Shown one piece after another: positions 10,167-19,422 of a stretch of DNA of 64,000 nucleotides. The notes beneath the pieces were generated by a model. It was not told the origin of the DNA. It worked only from the letters and a program-made list of their open reading frames with translations, and made no database searches. Numbering within the stretch: position 1 is the first letter of the stretch; the number at the start of each line of letters is the position of its first letter. This DNA is from a virus (taxonomy: Duplodnaviria; Caudoviricetes), in the IMG/VR virus record IMGVR_UViG_3300027759_000044; one strand, 5' to 3'. Position numbers and translations under genes: made by a program.

Positions 10167-10252
10167 ACACCTTAGGACCGGTACTAGTTACCGTGGTGTA
10201 GGCGGCTTCTGCCTTAAGTTATCCAATTCGCTACTGGACCTTATAAGTGAGC
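10167..10252 (+). ncRNA. Candidate structured RNA (3 stems + possible pseudoknot), unknown class
   Basis: Pairings ACACC/GGTGT, CGGTA/TACCG, AGGCGG/CTGCCT, TAAG/CTTA and TCCA/TGGA, with loop TTCGCT complementary to AGTGAG. GC-rich island in an AT-rich intergenic gap. Confidence 0.45.
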
Positions 10253-10259
10253 ATAAATA
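10253..10259 (+). promoter_or_regulatory. T4-late-like promoter core (leaderless arrangement)
   Basis: ATAAATA 5 nt before ATG 10265. Confidence 0.6.
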
Positions 10260-10264
10260 CTAAT

Positions 10265-11218
10265 ATGAGAGCAATAGAACTATACGAATCAGCCGCAACT
10301 GACCTAGCTAAGAAACTTCCTAGCTTAGAGAAGCACGACTATAATACCATTGACAAGTTAATGAAAAAGATAGCAAAGAAGCATCGTATAACCGGTGATG
10401 CATTACATGATTTATTTGTTAGAAAATATCACAAAACTCCAGACAGTTGGATTAAAGATAAACTAGATGAGGTTGGAGGACGACATTACAACCCGGATGG
10501 TACAACATATCGCGGATCCTATAATAAAATGCCAACATTAAATGATCCTAACGATATTTATAACAGGGCAGAAAGAGTACCATATAAAGATCCGGCTGGT
10601 GAGGAGCCTGCAACAGATGATAGTATTAAACAAATTATTCAAAATGGTTTAGACAGATTAACCGATGACCAACGAAAAGTATTAATTTTAAGATTTTGGT
10701 ATGACATGACATTACAACAGATTGGTGATAGGTTTGACTTGTCTAAAGATAGAATAAGACAAATTGAAGCTAAAGGATTAAGAAGATTACGAGATTCTGC
10801 TAGACATAAAGGATATGATCCCGAGTTATTAAAACCCTATATTACAGAATCTGAACAAGAAGATTTAAATAATAATCCTATTGTAAAGAAGTTTCTTGCT
10901 TGGACAAGTAAGAAGTTAAATTTAGAAAATACTCCAAAGATAGAGTTTAGTTATGATAGTGATGAAGCACAAGAAGGACATCATACTGGTAGACATAATC
11001 CAGAAACAGGTGAAGTATGGGTTTATTGTGCTAATAGAAACTTGGTAGATATCTTACGTACTGTGTTCCACGAATTAGTTCATGTACGTCAAGGCGAATT
11101 AAATATGATTAAGCCGGGTGACAGTTATCCAGGTAGTCCAATAGAAGCAGAAGCAGATGTAATGGCTGGAAAATATATTAAAATATTTGGAAAAGCACAT
11201 CCGGAAATCTTTCAATAA
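10265..11218 (+). CDS. Modular protein: small domain + sigma70 region-4 HTH module + HExxH metallopeptidase-like domain
   Basis: MRAIELYES leader. LTDDQRKVLILRF..MTLQQIG..F.LSKDRIRQIEAKGLRRLR matches sigma region 4. FHELVH..Q followed by EAEAD. Start moved from GTG 10247. Confidence 0.8.
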   Translation: MRAIELYESAATDLAKKLPSLEKHDYNTIDKLMKKIAKKHRITGDALHDLFVRKYHKTPDSWIKDKLDEVGGRHYNPDGTTYRGSYNKMPTLNDPNDIYNRAERVPYKDPAGEEPATDDSIKQIIQNGLDRLTDDQRKVLILRFWYDMTLQQIGDRFDLSKDRIRQIEAKGLRRLRDSARHKGYDPELLKPYITESEQEDLNNNPIVKKFLAWTSKKLNLENTPKIEFSYDSDEAQEGHHTGRHNPETGEVWVYCANRNLVDILRTVFHELVHVRQGELNMIKPGDSYPGSPIEAEADVMAGKYIKIFGKAHPEIFQ

Positions 11219-11228
11219 AGAGTAACAT

Positions 11229-12206
11229 ATGTCAATAACAATTACGGGTGGTATTACAATGTCAGGTGGATTGACAGTTGTACCCAAAATATTTTATTTA
11301 ATAAAAGCTATTTTTATTTTCGGAAACAACAGTGGTACTGCATGTAAAATAACCAACCTAGTATCAGACACCGGTGTAGTGGCTGCTGATATAACATATG
11401 CATCTGCTACTGCTAGATCATACCTTGCGGCAGCAGGTTATGGCAATGATAAAGCTATATTTGGATTTGGCGACCCCATCGCAAGCTCATATTCAGCAAT
11501 AACTAACCTAGTATCAAATACCGGTGTGGTTTCTTCAGATCAGGTTGCGGTCACTGGTACTGGTAGAGATTACCTTACAGCTGCAACTTATGGTGGTGAT
11601 AAAGCTATATTTGGATATGGAAGTACTGGTACATCAACTGCTGTAACTAACCTAGTTTCAAATGCAGGTGTAGTTGCGACTGATACTACAGGTGTTGGTA
11701 CTGCTAGATATGGTTTAGCAGCCGCAAGTTACGGTACTGATAAAGCTATATTTGGATTTGGATATAATAGTTCAACTTTTTACTCGCTAACTAACTTAGT
11801 AAGTAATACAGGTGTAGTTGCGACTGATACTGCTGGTGTTGGTACTGCTAGATTTGGAGTAGGAGCCGCAGGTTATGGCAATGATAAAGCTATATTTGGA
11901 TTTGGACTTACTAGTGGTGGTCCTAGTGCGGTAACATCAATAACCAACTTAGTGTCAAATACAGGTGTGGTTGCTTCAGATCAGGCTGCGCTCACTGGTA
12001 CTGATAGGACGCGCCTTGGCGCCGCAACGTATGGATCTGATAAAGCTATATTTGGATTTGGTGACATTAACAATGGTTCACAAGGAACTATTGGGAGGGC
12101 AATGACCAACTTAGTATCAAATACCGGTGTGGTTGCCGCAGATCAGGCGACAATCACAGGCACTGCCAGATTTGCTCTTGCGGCCGCATCATATTCATCA
12201 GCATAA
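11229..12206 (+). CDS. Six-repeat (about 48-54 aa) kelch-like beta-propeller, probable virion surface protein
   Basis: Six copies of KAIFGFG...TNLVSNTGVVAxD...GTAR..LAAAxY, with a short MSITITGG leader. Confidence 0.7.
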   Translation: MSITITGGITMSGGLTVVPKIFYLIKAIFIFGNNSGTACKITNLVSDTGVVAADITYASATARSYLAAAGYGNDKAIFGFGDPIASSYSAITNLVSNTGVVSSDQVAVTGTGRDYLTAATYGGDKAIFGYGSTGTSTAVTNLVSNAGVVATDTTGVGTARYGLAAASYGTDKAIFGFGYNSSTFYSLTNLVSNTGVVATDTAGVGTARFGVGAAGYGNDKAIFGFGLTSGGPSAVTSITNLVSNTGVVASDQAALTGTDRTRLGAATYGSDKAIFGFGDINNGSQGTIGRAMTNLVSNTGVVAADQATITGTARFALAAASYSSA

Positions 12207-12230
12207 ATTTTTTACGCACACGATCTAACT

Positions 12231-12238
12231 TATAAATA
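12231..12238 (+). promoter_or_regulatory. Perfect T4 late promoter TATAAATA
   Basis: Exact T4 late consensus in the intergenic region upstream of tilS. Confidence 0.55.
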
Positions 12239-12318
12239 TCTCTATACACAACCTATTATGTTGGAATTAACTAATCAATCACCCACTGACAAAATAGATA
12301 CTGAATAACCATTAATCA

Positions 12319-12347
12319 TTGCTAAACAAATCATTCTATGTTACAAT
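12319..12347 (+). promoter_or_regulatory. sigma70-type promoter (leaderless to tilS)
   Basis: TTGCTA-N17-TACAAT; the ATG at 12354 falls at the expected +1. Confidence 0.6.
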
Positions 12348-12353
12348 AGCTAA

Positions 12354-12950
12354 ATGATTAAGTTAACAGTACCCTTACCCAAAAGTATCACAATCGCATG
12401 TAGCGGTGGTGTAGATAGCATGGCAGTAGTTGACTTTCTAAGTCGCAAGCACGAAGTAACAATTGCCCATTTTAATCACAGAACACAAAACGGTGAAAAG
12501 GCCGCAGAGTTTGTTTCTAGGTATTGTGGTGATAATAATATCACTATGCTATATGGATCACCCCGAAGTCAAAAAAATAGCAAAGAAAGTCAAGAAGAAT
12601 ACTGGCGTAGAGAACGCTATAACTTTTTAAGCGAACTTGGTCCAGTTATCACTTGTCATCACTTGGATGATTGTGTTGAAACATATATTTGGTCAAGTTT
12701 ACATGGCACACCTAAAGTTATTCCATTAACACGTAACAATGTAATCAGGCCATTTCTAACTACTAGAAAACAAGATTTTGTTTATTGGTGTGAAAGTCAC
12801 AATGTATCCTGGATTGAAGATGAATCAAATAAGAATTCCAGATATACCCGAAATTATATTCGCAATGAACTAATGCCACATGCATTACATGTCAATCCAG
12901 GATTACCTAAATTGGTAAAAAAGATTGTAGAAGGTAAGCAAAATACTTGA
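12354..12950 (+). CDS. tilS: tRNA(Ile)-lysidine synthetase, N-terminal ATPase domain only
   Basis: IACSGGVDS PP-loop, AHFNH, RRERY, TCHHLDD.VET, IRPFL, W.EDESN and RNYIR. Confidence 0.85.
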   Translation: MIKLTVPLPKSITIACSGGVDSMAVVDFLSRKHEVTIAHFNHRTQNGEKAAEFVSRYCGDNNITMLYGSPRSQKNSKESQEEYWRRERYNFLSELGPVITCHHLDDCVETYIWSSLHGTPKVIPLTRNNVIRPFLTTRKQDFVYWCESHNVSWIEDESNKNSRYTRNYIRNELMPHALHVNPGLPKLVKKIVEGKQNT

Positions 12951-12975
12951 CTTCTCTACACACATCAAGTATACT
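12947..12975 (+). promoter_or_regulatory. sigma70-type promoter
   Basis: TTGACT-N17-TATACT. Confidence 0.75.
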
Positions 12976-12998
12976 AACTAATTATTTAAGGAGAAACT

Positions 12999-13265
12999 AT
13001 GTCAGATTATAACAGAACCTTTAACGGTGAAGCAAAAATTAAACTAACTCAACTAGTCAATGAAGGTATGCACGTACTACATGAAATTGATACATTGAAT
13101 GGTGGATTAAGCGATACTATTAAAGCAGTTGCAGAAGAACTTGAAATCAAGGCTTCTACACTAAAGAAAGCAATTAAAATTGCTCATAAAGCTTCATTGG
13201 GTCAAACTAACAAAGACCATGATGAACTCAACACTATCTTGGAAACTGTGGGCAAAACACTTTGA
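12999..13265 (+). CDS. T4 DsbA/GapR-like small dsDNA-binding protein
   Basis: 88-aa helical protein with an I.AVAEEL.I...LKKAIKIAHK pattern. Strong SD AAGGAG; sits directly before the polymerase. Confidence 0.5.
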   Translation: MSDYNRTFNGEAKIKLTQLVNEGMHVLHEIDTLNGGLSDTIKAVAEELEIKASTLKKAIKIAHKASLGQTNKDHDELNTILETVGKTL

Positions 13266-15979
13266 GTTACGTTGACGCTATTCATAGCAGGGATGAGGAT
13301 CGTATCTACGTTGTAGAGAGGGATAATAACGGCAAGCGTCAATACAAAGAATACCCTACCAATTACGTATTGTATTATCCTGATCCTAAGGGTAAACATC
13401 GTAGCATCTATGGCGATCCAGTCAGTCGTTTCAGTTCTCGCAAACGACAAGAGTTTGAAAAAGAAAGACGCATCCACTCAAATAAGAAACTGTTTGAAAG
13501 TGATGTACCGGTAGTCTTTCGCTGTCTAAGTGAAAACTATCTTGGCATTGATGCTCCTAAACTTCATACTTGCTTCTTTGACATTGAGGTGGACTTTGAT
13601 CCTGAAAAAGGTTTCAGTCCAACAAGTGATCCATTCAATCCAGTTACAGCTATCAGTTGTTACTTAGATTGGCTAGACCAATGCATTACATTAGTGATTG
13701 CTCCAAAACATATGAGCAGTGAAACAGCCCTAGAAATCACTAATGAGTTTGAGAATACAATGCTTTTCAAATCAGAGAAAGAAATGTTTGATGTTTTCTT
13801 TCAATTGATTGAGGATGCTGATGTATTGACTGGCTGGAACTCAGAGGGCTATGATATACCCTATATGGTCAATCGTGTTACAAGGGTAATGAGTAAAGAT
13901 GACACCCGCAAGTTTTGTTTGATGGGTCAACTTCCTAAAGCTAGAGAATATGAACGTTTTGGCAAGAGTGAAACAACTTATGACTTGGTAGGTCGTATTC
14001 ATTTAGATTATCTACAACTATACAAAAAGTATAACTATGAATCTCGTCACAGTTACAAACTTGACAGTATTGGTGAGATGGAAGTCGGTGAAAACAAAAC
14101 TCAATATGAAGGTACACTTGACCAATTGTATAATAAAGACTTTAAAAAGTTCATTGAATACAACAGACAAGATACGATGTTGTTGGTGAAGATTCACAAC
14201 AAACTTAAGTTTTTAGAATTAGCTAATCAACTTGCACATGAGAACACAGTATTGCTTCCAACAGTAATGGGTTCTGTGGCAATGATTGAGATGGCAATTT
14301 TTAATGAAGCCCATGAACGTGGCTTAGTAGTACCAGATAAAAAACGAAAGGTTGAAAATGAAGAAGAAATCCAGCAGGCAGCAGGTGCCTTTGTTGCTAC
14401 GCCGAAAAGAGGTATGCATGAATATGTCGGAGCAGTTGACATCAACAGTCTCTATCCCTCGGTTATTCGTGCCCTCAACATGGCAGGTGAAACCATCGTT
14501 GCTCAGGTCAGACAAACAATCACTGACAAATACATGCTTGATAAAGGCGTACGATTAGCAAGTGAAAAGAAACGTCACAAAGAAGGTGATGACGCAGTTA
14601 CAGGAAGTATTCTCTGGGAGAATCTGTTTGGTGCATTAGAGTATACAGCTATTATGAACCAAGAACGTGGTACAATTCTTACTGTTGACTTTGAAGATGG
14701 TCGCAGTGAAGAAATGTCTGCGGCAGAAGTTTGGAAGATGATATTTGATAGTCATAAGCCCTGGATGCTAAGTGCTAATGGTACAATCTTTACTTATGAA
14801 AAAGAAGGTGTCGTTCCCGGTCTACTCACACGTTGGTATACAGAACGTAAAGCTATTCAGAAACAAGCTAAAGAAGCATATGGCACTGATATGTTTGATT
14901 ACTACGACAAGCGACAACTTGTCCGTAAGATTTTACTTAACTCAGCATATGGTGCATTGTTAAATGAACATTGTCGTTTCTATGATAAGCGTATTGGTCA
15001 AAGTGTTACATTATCCGGTCGACAGATTGTTAAACATATGATGAGTACTATCAATGAAACAGTTGAGGGTATCTATTCACATGAGGGCAATGCTATTGTG
15101 TATGGTGATACTGATAGTTGTTACTTCACAGCTTATCCTACACTAAAGTCACAGATTGAATCTGGTGCGTTAGAGTGGAATAAAGAAACTTGTATTGGTC
15201 TATATGATGGTATTGCTGAACAAGCAAATGAAAGTTTTCCTGCATTCATGGAGAAAGCATTTCATGCTCCTAGAAAGAATGGTGCTATCATTAAAGCTGG
15301 TCGTGAACTGATCGGTGATCGTGCTATCTTTATCACTAAAAAACGTTATGCTATCAATATCTTTGACAAAGAAGGTAAACGTAAAGATAAAGACGGAGAC
15401 TTAGGCGATATCAAAGCTATGGGTCTTGACTTGAAACGTGCTGATACACCTAAGTATGTACAAGAGTTCTTAATGAATGTACTACAGATGGTTCTTCAAC
15501 AAGGTAAAGGTCGTGAGGATGTGATTGAAGCTGTCAAAGACTTCAAACGCATACTAACTGCACAGGATAGTTGGACTAAAGGTTCTCCTAAAGGTGTAAA
15601 CAAACTTACAATGTATGGTGACTTAGAAGCTAAGAGTAGTACAGGTCGTGCTAATATGCCCGGACATGTTCGTGCGGCATTGAACTACAATTACTTACGT
15701 AGAGTAAACGGTGACCAATATAGTCAAAAGATTATTGATGGTATGAAGGTTGTTGTATGTAAGCTTAAACCCAATCCATTAGGGTTTACAAGTGTAGCAT
15801 ATCCAGTAGATGAATTGCGTTTGCCCAAATGGTTTACAGAGTTACCATTTGATGATTCAGCAATGGAACAAACATTAGTAGATGAGAAGATTGATAACTT
15901 ATTGGGTGTATTAGATTGGGATATTCGTAGCAATACAGATACCAACAGTACGTTTGATGACTTATTCAGTTTCGGTTAA
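13262..15979 (+). CDS. Family B DNA polymerase (T4 gp43-like) with 3'-5' exonuclease
   Basis: ExoI FDIE, ExoII GWNSEGYDIPY, ExoIII YN.QD, DINSLYPS, KILLNSAYG, YGDTDS and KKRY. TTG start overlaps the upstream stop. Confidence 0.97.
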   Translation: MSYVDAIHSRDEDRIYVVERDNNGKRQYKEYPTNYVLYYPDPKGKHRSIYGDPVSRFSSRKRQEFEKERRIHSNKKLFESDVPVVFRCLSENYLGIDAPKLHTCFFDIEVDFDPEKGFSPTSDPFNPVTAISCYLDWLDQCITLVIAPKHMSSETALEITNEFENTMLFKSEKEMFDVFFQLIEDADVLTGWNSEGYDIPYMVNRVTRVMSKDDTRKFCLMGQLPKAREYERFGKSETTYDLVGRIHLDYLQLYKKYNYESRHSYKLDSIGEMEVGENKTQYEGTLDQLYNKDFKKFIEYNRQDTMLLVKIHNKLKFLELANQLAHENTVLLPTVMGSVAMIEMAIFNEAHERGLVVPDKKRKVENEEEIQQAAGAFVATPKRGMHEYVGAVDINSLYPSVIRALNMAGETIVAQVRQTITDKYMLDKGVRLASEKKRHKEGDDAVTGSILWENLFGALEYTAIMNQERGTILTVDFEDGRSEEMSAAEVWKMIFDSHKPWMLSANGTIFTYEKEGVVPGLLTRWYTERKAIQKQAKEAYGTDMFDYYDKRQLVRKILLNSAYGALLNEHCRFYDKRIGQSVTLSGRQIVKHMMSTINETVEGIYSHEGNAIVYGDTDSCYFTAYPTLKSQIESGALEWNKETCIGLYDGIAEQANESFPAFMEKAFHAPRKNGAIIKAGRELIGDRAIFITKKRYAINIFDKEGKRKDKDGDLGDIKAMGLDLKRADTPKYVQEFLMNVLQMVLQQGKGREDVIEAVKDFKRILTAQDSWTKGSPKGVNKLTMYGDLEAKSSTGRANMPGHVRAALNYNYLRRVNGDQYSQKIIDGMKVVVCKLKPNPLGFTSVAYPVDELRLPKWFTELPFDDSAMEQTLVDEKIDNLLGVLDWDIRSNTDTNSTFDDLFSFG

Positions 15980-15986
15980 ATTGGTG

Positions 15987-16015
15987 TTGCTATTCGTAAT
16001 ATATTCCTATATAAT
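15987..16015 (+). promoter_or_regulatory. sigma70-type promoter
   Basis: TTGCTA-N17-TATAAT, followed by a late-type CTAAATA at 16031-16037. Confidence 0.65.
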
Positions 16016-16056
16016 ACGTATCACAACTACCTAAATAGTTAAAACAAAGGAAAAAC

Positions 16057-16788
16057 ATGAAAGATAATTTACAAGATTTAATTCAACATACACATGGCTT
16101 AGGCTGTATTGAGTTAATTAAAGTCAGTGGAACTGACACAGAGACAACTGTAAACGCAGTAGCAGAAGATAAATCTGTTATTGTTAGTGGTGTTCTTAAA
16201 CATCCTAGCGCAGAGTTTATTGGTGTATTTGGTATGCCTAACTTAGGTAAGCTAAAAACAATTCTAGGCTTTGATGACTATGATGAACATAGTAAAATCA
16301 CTGTTACACGTGTTAACAAAGACGGGGTTAGTGTACCGGAATACATTCACTTTGAAACAAAAGCAGGTGACTTTGTTAACGATTATCGTTTGATGAGTAA
16401 AGCTATTGCTGATGAAAAAGTTAAAACTGTTACATTTAAGGGTACTATATGGGGTGTTGAGTTTGAACCCACTATTGTAGGCATTCAACGACTGAAACGT
16501 CAAGCAAGTGCTAATAGTGAAGAAAAGAACTTTACTACTAAAACAGAAAACGGTAATCTAATGGTTTACTTTGGTGACCCATCAACACACTCAGGTAACT
16601 TTGTATTTCACCCGGGTGTTACTGGTTCATTGAACAAAGCATGGATGTGGCCTGTTAAAGAATTCTTAAGCATCATGGATTTACCCGGTGATAAGATTAT
16701 TCGTATTAGTGATGCTGGTGCAACAGAGATTGTTGTTGACAGTGGTCTAGCAGTTTATCGTTATTTACTCCCAGCACAAGCGAAATAA
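16057..16788 (+). CDS. Probable DNA polymerase sliding clamp (gp45-like)
   Basis: 243 aa, alternating beta/alpha pattern, directly downstream of the polymerase. No diagnostic motif. Confidence 0.45.
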   Translation: MKDNLQDLIQHTHGLGCIELIKVSGTDTETTVNAVAEDKSVIVSGVLKHPSAEFIGVFGMPNLGKLKTILGFDDYDEHSKITVTRVNKDGVSVPEYIHFETKAGDFVNDYRLMSKAIADEKVKTVTFKGTIWGVEFEPTIVGIQRLKRQASANSEEKNFTTKTENGNLMVYFGDPSTHSGNFVFHPGVTGSLNKAWMWPVKEFLSIMDLPGDKIIRISDAGATEIVVDSGLAVYRYLLPAQAK

Positions 16789-18380
16789 TGGAACAAGACA
16801 ATCTATCAGCAAAACAAAACCCAGATTGGGCATTGTTCTTACCTGCAGTCAGTAGTTTTTATATTTCTGGCTTGGGTAAGCAACGTAAAGGGGAACAGTA
16901 CTTTGACCAAGCACGAATACCTGCTCAATTCAACGGTGATGTAGAGAAACTAAACTTTCTTAATAGTAAAGAAGGTCTCTATTATTACAAGTGGGGATTA
17001 TATAGTGCTGGTCATGCTAACTTAGATACAACCGTAAACGATCCTAGTGAAAGTATCATTAGAGAACGTGAGGCTGGTACGTTTATGTTAGGTGACTCTG
17101 GTGGATTTCAGATTCTTAAAGGTCAATGGCCGGCTGATTGGAAAGATCCTAATTGCCCTAAAGCTATGATTAAGCGTAAAGCAGTATTGAACTGGATGGA
17201 TACATACATGGACTATGGTATGTGTTTGGATATTCCCTCACAATCCTTAACTACCTTTCATATGAAAGATCCTAAAACAATTAAAAAAGATAAAGACGGT
17301 AATGATATTCCGGGTAGTGGAGTAAGTCTTCATGGCATCAGCACTATTGAAGAAGCTATCCGTGCTACCCATATCAATAATGAATACTTCATTAACAATC
17401 GTTCGGGCAAATGTCAGTTTTTAAATGTATTACAGGGTCGTACACATACCCAGTCTGATGATTGGTATGATGAAATGAAGAAGTATTGTGACCCAAACAT
17501 CTATCCAGACAATCACTTTAATGGTTGGGCATTCGGGGGACAGAACAAGATTGATGTACACCTAATGTTAACACGTATGATTGATATTATATATGATGGA
17601 CTATTAGTAGAGGGTAAACATGATTTGATTCATTGTTTGGGTACAAGTATATTAGAGTATGCTGTATTGTTTACTGATATTCAACGTGCTATTCGTAAGT
17701 ACCATAACCCAAAACTTAAAATTACATTTGACTGTGCAAGTCCTTTCTTTAGTGCGGCTAAAGGCTTAGCATATTTCAATACTAACATTGAGCATAATAA
17801 GAAATGGTCATACAGTATGGAAAAAACCGCTGAGAAGAAATCTTATGCTAATGACACACGTAAATATCGTGATGCTGTATTGGCTGAAGGCATCCATAAA
17901 GTCTTTACAGATAGTCCAGTAACTGATAAACTAGTGCTTAAGGATTTATGTTATCGTGGTCAAGGGTTCTTAGGACAACACGGTAAAGAGACCAAGACTA
18001 GTTGGGATACATTAAGTTATACATTGCTTCAAAGTCATAATGTATGGATGCATATGAATGCTGTACAAGAGGCTAATCGTCAATATGAAAAAGATATTGT
18101 TCCTAAGATGTTGATGAATGAGCAATTTGAGCGTGTATTGTTTAAAGATGTTATTGACGAAATTTTTAGTAAGAAAACTAAACAGGAAGCTATTGATTTA
18201 ATTGATGCTAACAGTAGATTATGGATGCAATTTCAATCAGGTAGTCAGGGTATTAGCGGTAAGAAAACTGTCAATGCGTTAACAAAATTTGAAGAACTAT
18301 TTGAAGTACAGACTGAATTAGAATTTGAAGAAGTAATAGAAGATAGCGATGATGCTATGAATGAGGCACTCGGAGAGTAA
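16788..18380 (+). CDS. dpdA: TGT/DpdA-like guanine base-exchange enzyme
   Basis: FMLGDSGGFQ (17094-17111) is the TGT catalytic Asp motif. Also LDIP, LNVLQG, GWAFGG and IHCLG of the TGT barrel, and TFDCASP. Clustered with folE, queD and queE. Confidence 0.75.
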   Translation: MEQDNLSAKQNPDWALFLPAVSSFYISGLGKQRKGEQYFDQARIPAQFNGDVEKLNFLNSKEGLYYYKWGLYSAGHANLDTTVNDPSESIIREREAGTFMLGDSGGFQILKGQWPADWKDPNCPKAMIKRKAVLNWMDTYMDYGMCLDIPSQSLTTFHMKDPKTIKKDKDGNDIPGSGVSLHGISTIEEAIRATHINNEYFINNRSGKCQFLNVLQGRTHTQSDDWYDEMKKYCDPNIYPDNHFNGWAFGGQNKIDVHLMLTRMIDIIYDGLLVEGKHDLIHCLGTSILEYAVLFTDIQRAIRKYHNPKLKITFDCASPFFSAAKGLAYFNTNIEHNKKWSYSMEKTAEKKSYANDTRKYRDAVLAEGIHKVFTDSPVTDKLVLKDLCYRGQGFLGQHGKETKTSWDTLSYTLLQSHNVWMHMNAVQEANRQYEKDIVPKMLMNEQFERVLFKDVIDEIFSKKTKQEAIDLIDANSRLWMQFQSGSQGISGKKTVNALTKFEELFEVQTELEFEEVIEDSDDAMNEALGE

Positions 18381-18389
18381 AAATTATAA

Positions 18390-18947
18390 ATGACTCTACT
18401 TTTAGTATCTAAACCTAATATTGAGTTCAATCCTAATAAACGAGTGTTTGTTAAAGAGAATGTCATATCATCTAAAGTATGTGATGAGATAATTGATTTT
18501 GGAAGAAATAATGTTGTTAAGGGAATAAATAAATACCCTGGTTTATTTCAAATAAGTTTTAAGACATGTTTGTTACCTATGGATCACGTAATACATTCAA
18601 TACTACAAGATGTTTGGGTTGAGGCTAGTAGTTTTATAGGAACTACTGTTGATTTTGTAGAACCATATGAATTAAAACAATATGGTAGTGGTGATTTTTT
18701 TGGTAAACATACAGATAATTATAATAGTCTTTCCAAAGATATTGACAGAAAGATAACAATGAGTATACAATTGTCAGATGATGAAGATTATGTAGGGGGA
18801 GACCTACTTGTTTTAAGTCAATCATATTCTAGGAAAAAAGGTAGTATTATTGCTTTTCCTAGTTTATTAACACATCAAGTAAACCCTATACTGAAGGGCG
18901 AGAGATGGTCATTAATTAGTTGGGCTTGGGGCCCTCAATGGAAATAG
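18390..18947 (+). CDS. 2OG-Fe(II) oxygenase (PKHD/prolyl-hydroxylase-like)
   Basis: HTD, RKITMSIQLS, Y.GGDL, FPS.L.HQV and RWSL.SW. Confidence 0.85.
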   Translation: MTLLLVSKPNIEFNPNKRVFVKENVISSKVCDEIIDFGRNNVVKGINKYPGLFQISFKTCLLPMDHVIHSILQDVWVEASSFIGTTVDFVEPYELKQYGSGDFFGKHTDNYNSLSKDIDRKITMSIQLSDDEDYVGGDLLVLSQSYSRKKGSIIAFPSLLTHQVNPILKGERWSLISWAWGPQWK

Positions 18948-18955
18948 GATTACAA

Positions 18956-19411
18956 ATGATAGAACAACATGAACAAGCAATGGCAGAGAAACGGTCTCGT
19001 ATTAAAAATAACGCATTACGTACAATCTTTGTACGTTTTCAAAAAGAAGGTATTCATAAATACCCAGCGGCAGCAACAGACCCAGCACTTGCTACAGGTG
19101 ATGAGTATGATGTTAGCTTTTTAGCTACTCCACATAGACACATCTTTCATTTTGAAGTGTCTATTGAAGTATTTCACAACGACCGTGATATTGAGTTTAT
19201 TCAGTTTAAAAGATGGTTAGAGAAGCAATATTCTCAAGGCATACTAGAATTGAATTACAAAAGTTGTGAAATGATTAGTGATGACCTCTATGAAGTTATT
19301 GCAACTCGATATCCAGATCGTAATATCGCTATTCAAGTATCGGAAGATAATGAGAACGGTGCTACTATTGTCTATAACACAAACAAACCTTATCAACAAC
19401 TCGCTATTTAA
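18956..19411 (+). CDS. dpdL: QueD-paralogous T-fold protein, DpdL-like (CDG decarboxylase candidate)
   Basis: LATPHRHIF = LxxxHRHxF (19121-19147), DRDIEF, SCEM and VSED.ENGA. Start moved from 18920. Confidence 0.7.
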   Translation: MIEQHEQAMAEKRSRIKNNALRTIFVRFQKEGIHKYPAAATDPALATGDEYDVSFLATPHRHIFHFEVSIEVFHNDRDIEFIQFKRWLEKQYSQGILELNYKSCEMISDDLYEVIATRYPDRNIAIQVSEDNENGATIVYNTNKPYQQLAI

Positions 19412-19422
19412 AGGAAAATATA

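Noticed and set aside
10167-10252. tRNA, or a pistol/hammerhead ribozyme
   Set aside because: No T-loop GTTCRA or cloverleaf, no CUGANGA/GAAA core, and the TTAGG segment lacks the full pistol pseudoknot partner. Kept as an unclassified RNA.
11229-12206. Regularly spaced DNA repeats as a CRISPR array
   Set aside because: The repeats are in-frame protein repeats within one ORF, the intervening sequences are homologous, and no cas genes are present.
12258-12308. 16-aa ORF after the TATAAATA upstream of tilS
   Set aside because: No SD, too short to assess, and may be chance.
12354-12950. SGGVDS PP-loop protein as the missing QueC
   Set aside because: It has TilS motifs (HHLDD.VET, IRPFL, W.EDESN, RN.IR) and lacks the QueC C-terminal zinc-binding cysteines.
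13262-15979. Intein or intron in the DNA polymerase
   Set aside because: The length (905 aa) and motif spacing are normal, and no splice-junction or homing endonuclease motifs were seen.
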